In this document: positions 59,116-64,000 of the stretch, piece by piece
Layout: the number at the start of each line of letters is the position of its first letter
How positions within the stretch are numbered: position 1 is the first letter of the stretch
DNA from: an uncultured bacterium
GTDB taxonomy: Bacteria; Acidobacteriota; HRBIN11; JAKEFK01
Assembly: GCA_963777505.1 (NCBI GenBank)
Contig: CAVZQN010000003.1
Span: forward strand, 576,001 to 640,000
DNA length: 64,000 nt
Reading direction: 5' to 3'
Made by a program: the position numbers and the translations under genes
The notes under the pieces: generated by a model
What the model was told of the DNA's origin: nothing
The model's input: only the letters and a program-made list of their open reading frames with translations
Database searches by the model: none

Positions 59116-59193
59116 ACCACTGAGTCACGGAGAACACGGAGATTATGTTTTAATTCGCTATTAATTGCTCCGTGCTCTCCGTGACTCCGTGGT
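59116..59193. repeat. Inverted pair of 9-nt-period tandem repeats (gene-less relative of the GxxExxY flanks)
   Basis: ACCACTGAGTCACGGAGAACACGGAG (59116-59141) and CTCCGTGCTCTCCGTGACTCCGTGGT (59168-59193). Confidence 0.8.
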
Positions 59194-59294
59194 GAACTCA
59201 ATTACGCCCTATCTACTGACTCGGGGGCGTCCACAAGATCCAGATTGAATTGTAGATTGTAGACTGTAGAATGAAAAATTGGAAATAGGGCTCG

Positions 59295-60293
59295 CTAGAA
59301 GGTTAACTTCATCGCTTCTTTCGTCAGACGCAAAGTTTCGCGTGCCTCCATTTGTGCCTTTGTAGATCCATCCCTCAAGATATCGTCAATGATGCCGGGA
59401 CGTGATTCTGCGGCTTTGCGGCGCTCGCGAACCGGCGTCAGGAATTTGTTGATCGCGATAGCAAGCTTTTTCTTAACTTCGACATCACCAACCTTACCCG
59501 CGGTATACCGTTCTTTGAGCTCTTCTACTTCTCCCTTTTCTTCGTTAAATGCATCATGATATTGAAAGACAGGATTCCCTTCGACGTGTCCAGGATCTGT
59601 TGCCCGCAATCGTGTTGGATCTGTATACATCTTCATGACTTTTTGATTTACAGCTTCTTCATTATCAGATAAATAAATTGCGTTGTTTAAACTCTTGCTC
59701 ATTTTTGCTTGACCATCAGTGCCTACAAGAGTGGGAACTTCACCAATCAATGTTTCCGGAATTGGAAATATAACACCATAAAGAGTGTTAAAACGCTCAG
59801 CAATTTCGCGGGTCACTTCAAGATGGGAAGCTTGATCTTTGCCAACCGGAACAAGATGGGCTCTTACCATCATGATATCAGCAGCTTGAAGAACCGGATA
59901 CGAAAGCAAACCCACAGTGGCCGTTTCGAAATTTGCAGCTTGCATTTGATCCTTTAATGTTGGAACACGTTGCAACCGTGGAACTGTGACAAGCATTGAA
60001 AAAAGCAGCATAAGTTCTGCAACTTCAGGCACAAGAGATTGTAAATAAATTGTGCTTCGTTCAGGATCAATTCCGACACTCAAGTAGTCGTAAACCAATT
60101 GCCGCGCATTTTCGCCGATATTAGGAATACGATCATAGTGAGTTGTGAGCATATGCAAATCTGCAATGATGAAGAAGCACTCATATTCATCTTGTAAGCG
60201 CACGCGATTTGCGAGTGTACCGACATAATGTCCAAGATGCAGACTGCCTGTCGGGCGGTCACCAGTTAGGATGCGCTTTTTTGTGGAATTCAT
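59295..60293 (-). CDS. trpS: Tryptophan--tRNA ligase
   Basis: [32 protein letters not shown]. Confidence 0.96.
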   Translation of the reverse strand: MNSTKKRILTGDRPTGSLHLGHYVGTLANRVRLQDEYECFFIIADLHMLTTHYDRIPNIGENARQLVYDYLSVGIDPERSTIYLQSLVPEVAELMLLFSMLVTVPRLQRVPTLKDQMQAANFETATVGLLSYPVLQAADIMMVRAHLVPVGKDQASHLEVTREIAERFNTLYGVIFPIPETLIGEVPTLVGTDGQAKMSKSLNNAIYLSDNEEAVNQKVMKMYTDPTRLRATDPGHVEGNPVFQYHDAFNEEKGEVEELKERYTAGKVGDVEVKKKLAIAINKFLTPVRERRKAAESRPGIIDDILRDGSTKAQMEARETLRLTKEAMKLTF

Positions 60294-61273
60294 TTCAGGA
60301 AAATTGTAACAGGCACAAAAGTCAAGGCAAAGACAATCAGTGCAATGACTGCCCAGATTTTGCGCGCGAGGCCAATCGGTTCTGAATCATCAAGAGTGGG
60401 AGGATGCCTGAATCCGGCAATTTGTCTTAGTACCAGTAATACACCTGCGTAAAAAAGCCATTGAAAGCCGGCGATCGAGGATTGAGTGAATCCATAAATC
60501 GCTAATCCAATAATTGCAAAAAAGAATATCCATGTAATGACGTAAGCGCGTTTTCCAAAAACCGCATACGAAACGTGCCCTCCATCTAATTGGGCAATTG
60601 GAAGCAAGTTGAGGCTGGTTGCCAGACAAGCAAACCAAACGGCAAATCCAGTAGGATGTAAGAAAGTCACGTATCCATCCTTCAGCATGAAGTAAGCAAA
60701 AATTCTGAAGATGAGCGGTTCTCCGAAATATCCTGCATCAGCAGAAACTTCACTTACTGGAACTTGAGTGCTCCAAAGCAAACCGAAATACAAAAACGGA
60801 ATTAAAAATACAAATCCGGCAATGGGTCCTGCAAGTCCAACATCAAACAAGGCTCGACGATTCGGAAAAGGTGATTTGATTCTGATGAAGGCACCGAAAG
60901 TTCCGGTCATAACTCCAACTGGAGCTGGAATAAAAAACGGAAGTGTTGCTTGAATTCCATAGTATTGGCACGCGAGATAGTGTCCCATTTCATGGGCGAG
61001 CAGAACGAGCATAATCGTGCCTGCATATGCGATCCCTTTGTAAAGCAAACCGGGATGATCCAGAATCTGCAACAAAAATCCAAATGGATGTATTTCCGCA
61101 GGAGCCGTCGCCTCATGGATCAGCATCAAATAAGTTCCTGCAACCAGAGTCGTACCAACAGTTAAGAGAAATAGAAGGGCATTCAGTGAATAACGCTGGC
61201 GTTGAGCGATTACTGCAGGAAAGATTTTTGCTACTTCGGGAGAAGTAGGGGAATACGAATACTGATCAGACAT
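60290..61273 (-). CDS. Site-2 protease family (M50) metalloprotease
   Basis: [19 protein letters not shown]. Confidence 0.92.
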   Translation of the reverse strand: MSDQYSYSPTSPEVAKIFPAVIAQRQRYSLNALLFLLTVGTTLVAGTYLMLIHEATAPAEIHPFGFLLQILDHPGLLYKGIAYAGTIMLVLLAHEMGHYLACQYYGIQATLPFFIPAPVGVMTGTFGAFIRIKSPFPNRRALFDVGLAGPIAGFVFLIPFLYFGLLWSTQVPVSEVSADAGYFGEPLIFRIFAYFMLKDGYVTFLHPTGFAVWFACLATSLNLLPIAQLDGGHVSYAVFGKRAYVITWIFFFAIIGLAIYGFTQSSIAGFQWLFYAGVLLVLRQIAGFRHPPTLDDSEPIGLARKIWAVIALIVFALTFVPVTIFLK

Positions 61274-61331
61274 AAATCATTACGTAAAGTGAACTGAATA
61301 CACGTTAATGTAAGTATTCCGGCAGGAAAAG

Positions 61332-61601
61332 TCAGGGAATATTTTGAAGATTTTTCCCTGGCTTGAAGCGGATTGTTTTTCCAGGTGGAATTTCAACCTC
61401 TTCTCTCGTTCTTGGATTCCGCCCAATTCCGCGTTTGCGTGGTTTTACTTGAAAAACGCCAAAACCGCGGAGTTCAATCCTTTTTCCATCCATCAAAGCA
61501 TCTCTTAATGAATCAATTGCTGCATTTACAGCACGTTCGGCCTGTGTCTTTGTAATTCTTGTTTCTCTCGCAACAATATCCACAAGATCCGCTTTGATCA
61601 T
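61332..61601 (-). CDS. HU/IHF family DNA-binding protein
   Basis: MIKADL, ELRGFGVF, GRNPRT, FKPGK; SD GGAGG before 61601. Confidence 0.93.
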   Translation of the reverse strand: MIKADLVDIVARETRITKTQAERAVNAAIDSLRDALMDGKRIELRGFGVFQVKPRKRGIGRNPRTREEVEIPPGKTIRFKPGKNLQNIP

Positions 61602-61690
61602 TGTTTGTTTTCCCTCCGTCTTAAGGCGCACTTATTATCCCAACGAGAATGTCAAAAGTCAATATTTCGCAAGACTTTAGACGTTTTTTC

Positions 61691-61984
61691 CTATTGTTTA
61701 AAACCGACTGTCGGAAGGGGCGTTTTATCCTCTTCGATATTGCCAAAACGGGCCTCATATTTCGTGACATTCTCAAGAATTGCTTTGCCTAAACGTTTGG
61801 CATGTTGAGGAGAAACAATGATTCGGGCAAGTAATTTTGCCAGAGATGGGTTCGGTAAAACCGCAAAGAAATCAATCCAGAATTCCTCTGCCGTGTGAGT
61901 TACCTGTGCCATCGTCGAATATCGTCCCGACAACGTCGCGTCATCGGCCTGGACCTGAAGCTCCATCTGTTTCTTTTCTTCCAT
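61691..61984 (-). CDS. DUF3467 family protein
   Basis: GRYS...HT.EEF.IDF...RIIVSPQHAKRL...YEARFG. Confidence 0.85.
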   Translation of the reverse strand: MEEKKQMELQVQADDATLSGRYSTMAQVTHTAEEFWIDFFAVLPNPSLAKLLARIIVSPQHAKRLGKAILENVTKYEARFGNIEEDKTPLPTVGFKQ

Positions 61985-62010
61985 CTATAACTCCTCTAAT
62001 TTCCTGTAAC

Positions 62011-62595
62011 TTAGCGCGCTTGCTGATTCATAAATTTTTCGATTCTACGATCAGGCACAAGCCAGATTATTGCAACTACAACATACAACCCGCAAGCAAT
62101 CAACGGTTTGAAAAATGCAATAGGTATGGCTGCAGCATAAAACGCAATTGAGATCTTGGCTTTCGTGTCTTTACCAAGAGCAATTGCAATCTCTGAGTTT
62201 TTTCCATGATGTCTTATTAGGGATAGCCCAAGAATGTAAAATGCAATACCCGCACATAACAACACTACGCCATAAACTGCAACAGGCCATGCAGCAAATT
62301 TGTGTTCTCCCATCCAGCTGGTAACAAAAGGCGTTAACGATAACCAGAACAATAAGTGAAGATTGGCCCAGAGGATTTCGCCATTTACGTGGTGGGAGAG
62401 TTTAAGAAGATGATGATGGTTATTCCAGTAAATGCCTACAAATATGAAGCTAAGCACATAGCTAAGAAATATTGGAATTAAAGGACGCAATGCCTCGATC
62501 GTTGTGCCTTCCGGTGCTTTTAATTCAAGCACCATAATCGTGATAATGATGGCTATCACACCGTCGCTGAAGGCTTCAAGTCTACCCTTATCCAT
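62011..62595 (-). CDS. TMEM175-family potassium channel
   Basis: RLEAFSDGVIAIIITIMVLE signature, YWNNHH, WANL; start moved to MDKGRL. Confidence 0.92.
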   Translation of the reverse strand: MDKGRLEAFSDGVIAIIITIMVLELKAPEGTTIEALRPLIPIFLSYVLSFIFVGIYWNNHHHLLKLSHHVNGEILWANLHLLFWLSLTPFVTSWMGEHKFAAWPVAVYGVVLLCAGIAFYILGLSLIRHHGKNSEIAIALGKDTKAKISIAFYAAAIPIAFFKPLIACGLYVVVAIIWLVPDRRIEKFMNQQAR

Positions 62596-62618
62596 TTGTG
62601 CTACACTCGGACTTGCCA

Positions 62619-63881
62619 ATGCGGATCTTTTATTCTCTTATTTATACGCTGGCATTCCTGCTGATCTTACCCTATTTTCTGGTCGCCGGCCTCTTTCGAA
62701 ACAAATATTTTGAAAGCGCGTCCCAACGGTTCGGTTTTATTCCTCAGAAAAGTAAGGAACTTTCCTGCTGGGTTCATTCAGTGAGTGTCGGAGAATTCTT
62801 AGCATCAAAGCCTTTGCTTCGAAAAATTCAGGAAGTGTATCCGGATCTGCCTCTTTTTATTTCAACAACGACGATCACTGGACAGAAATTAGCGTCGGAG
62901 TTTTTGCCAGGGCATTCATTTTACTTCCCGTTTGATTGGAGTTGGTGTTTGCGCCGGGTTTTTAAAGCAATTCGTCCCAAAGTGATTTTAGTTCTTGAAA
63001 CGGAAATCTGGCCTAATTTTCTCTGGACGGCTAAGGGTCTCGGAGTGCCGATAGTTCTTATCAATGGAAGGATTTCGGACAAATCATTCCACCGTTATAA
63101 AGTTGTTCGTTCTTTGCTTCCGGAATTTTCAGAATCCTGGATGCAATCAGAAGAGGATTCAAATCGAATGAAGGATCTTGTTAAGCATCCTTCGTTTGTA
63201 AAAGTTATGGGAAATCTGAAGTTTGACTATTCCCCGCATACAATTTCGCCGGGGTTGCGCAATTTATTGGGAAATTGGAAAGAATCGTCATTGCTGCTGA
63301 TCGCAGGAAGCACGATGACTGGTGAAGAAGAAATCGTAATCAATGCATTTAAGCAACTCTCTCTAAAATCAAACCTCAGGTTATTGATTGCTCCACGCCA
63401 TCCAGACAGATTTGATGAAGTGATTCGAATGGTTTCTGCAAAGGGTTTCAAAGTTGCTCGCAGGAGCAACGACAAAACGGATCAAGAGCCAGTGATGGTT
63501 CTTGACACAATTGGCGAACTCGCTGCTGCATATGAGCTTGCAGATGTGGTTTTTATCGGTGGCACACTTAACTATGGAGGGCATAATCCAATTGAGCCCG
63601 CCTATTATGCTAAACCGATCGTTTCAGGACCTCGATTTGAGAATTTCCGCGCAATTTTTGAAGAATTTATTCGTAATGAAGCGTTGCTCATTACCGCTGA
63701 TCTGGCTGACGCATTTTCAAAATTGATCCAAGATCAAGAACTCAGAATAAAAATGGGAAAGGCTGCACAGGACTTGATACGAAAGAACCAGGGTGCGGCC
63801 GATTTTGTTTTACAAAACATAAGGAAGTATTTGGATGATAGGAGCATTTTGGAGCCGGATTCGAAATCGTTTGTACGATAA
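62619..63881 (+). CDS. waaA: Kdo transferase
   Basis: WVHSVSVGE, TTITG, ETEIWPN, NGRIS, GNLKFD, APRHPDRF, GGHNPIEPA; start moved to MRIFY. Confidence 0.93.
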   Translation: MRIFYSLIYTLAFLLILPYFLVAGLFRNKYFESASQRFGFIPQKSKELSCWVHSVSVGEFLASKPLLRKIQEVYPDLPLFISTTTITGQKLASEFLPGHSFYFPFDWSWCLRRVFKAIRPKVILVLETEIWPNFLWTAKGLGVPIVLINGRISDKSFHRYKVVRSLLPEFSESWMQSEEDSNRMKDLVKHPSFVKVMGNLKFDYSPHTISPGLRNLLGNWKESSLLLIAGSTMTGEEEIVINAFKQLSLKSNLRLLIAPRHPDRFDEVIRMVSAKGFKVARRSNDKTDQEPVMVLDTIGELAAAYELADVVFIGGTLNYGGHNPIEPAYYAKPIVSGPRFENFRAIFEEFIRNEALLITADLADAFSKLIQDQELRIKMGKAAQDLIRKNQGAADFVLQNIRKYLDDRSILEPDSKSFVR

Positions 63882-64000
63882 AGGCGTTTTTTCCGTGGTC
63901 CGGCCCGATGAATTTGTGATTAGCGTTGGAAATATTACCTGGGGCGGGACTGGTAAAACGGCTCTCACGGAATATCTGACAAAAGTCTTAATCGATAAAG
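63835..64000 (+). CDS. lpxK: Tetraacyldisaccharide 4'-kinase, N-terminal part (runs off window)
   Basis: Manual translation MIGAFWSRIRNRLYDKG...VISVGNITWGGTGKT; follows waaA. Confidence 0.9.
   Translation, partial: MIGAFWSRIRNRLYDKGVFSVVRPDEFVISVGNITWGGTGKTALTEYLTKVLIDK

Noticed and set aside
998-63726. Numerous 60-140 aa ORFs overlapping or antisense to long genes (e.g. 8199-8579, 41579-41926, 55473-55895)
   Set aside because: Shadow ORFs with no recognisable motifs, overlapping well-supported genes

Overview
Bacterial chromosomal window with moderate-to-low GC. The gene set (Hfq-like protein, stand-alone extended MglA, FHA-sigma54 activators, Ser/Thr kinase-TPR and kinase-PD40 proteins, BMC aldehyde dehydrogenase, waaA-lpxK) suggests a diderm organism, probably Acidobacteriota; this is an inference. 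The right half is mostly housekeeping: smpB, ppi, hfq-like, pdxA, yqgF, mltG, tRNA-Ile2, rpoD, dnaG, mutS2, larB, trpS, HU, waaA, lpxK. The left half is accessory and has four notable parts. (1) A GxxExxY (PD-(D/E)XK-like) gene sits between perfect 24-bp inverted repeats whose relatives are scattered through many intergenic regions, often directly against stop codons, suggesting a REP/RAYT-like nuclease-plus-repeat system. (2) A two-gene microcompartment satellite. (3) An apparently uncharacterised ~16 kb biosynthetic cluster combining keto-acid chain elongation (LeuA-like, LeuD, distant LeuC), an amino-acid dehydrogenase, a threonine/cysteate-synthase-like PLP enzyme, a B12 radical SAM enzyme, two CapK/PaaK-like ligases, two methyltransferases, a signal-less SsuA-fold protein, a flippase and a GT-C glycosyltransferase. 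(4) A Ser/Thr kinase flanked by two FHA-sigma54 activators that lack GAFTGA, next to a perfect sigma54 promoter. Three genes carry single-base frameshifts, possibly sequencing errors. All calls come from motif recognition by eye; no database searches were run.
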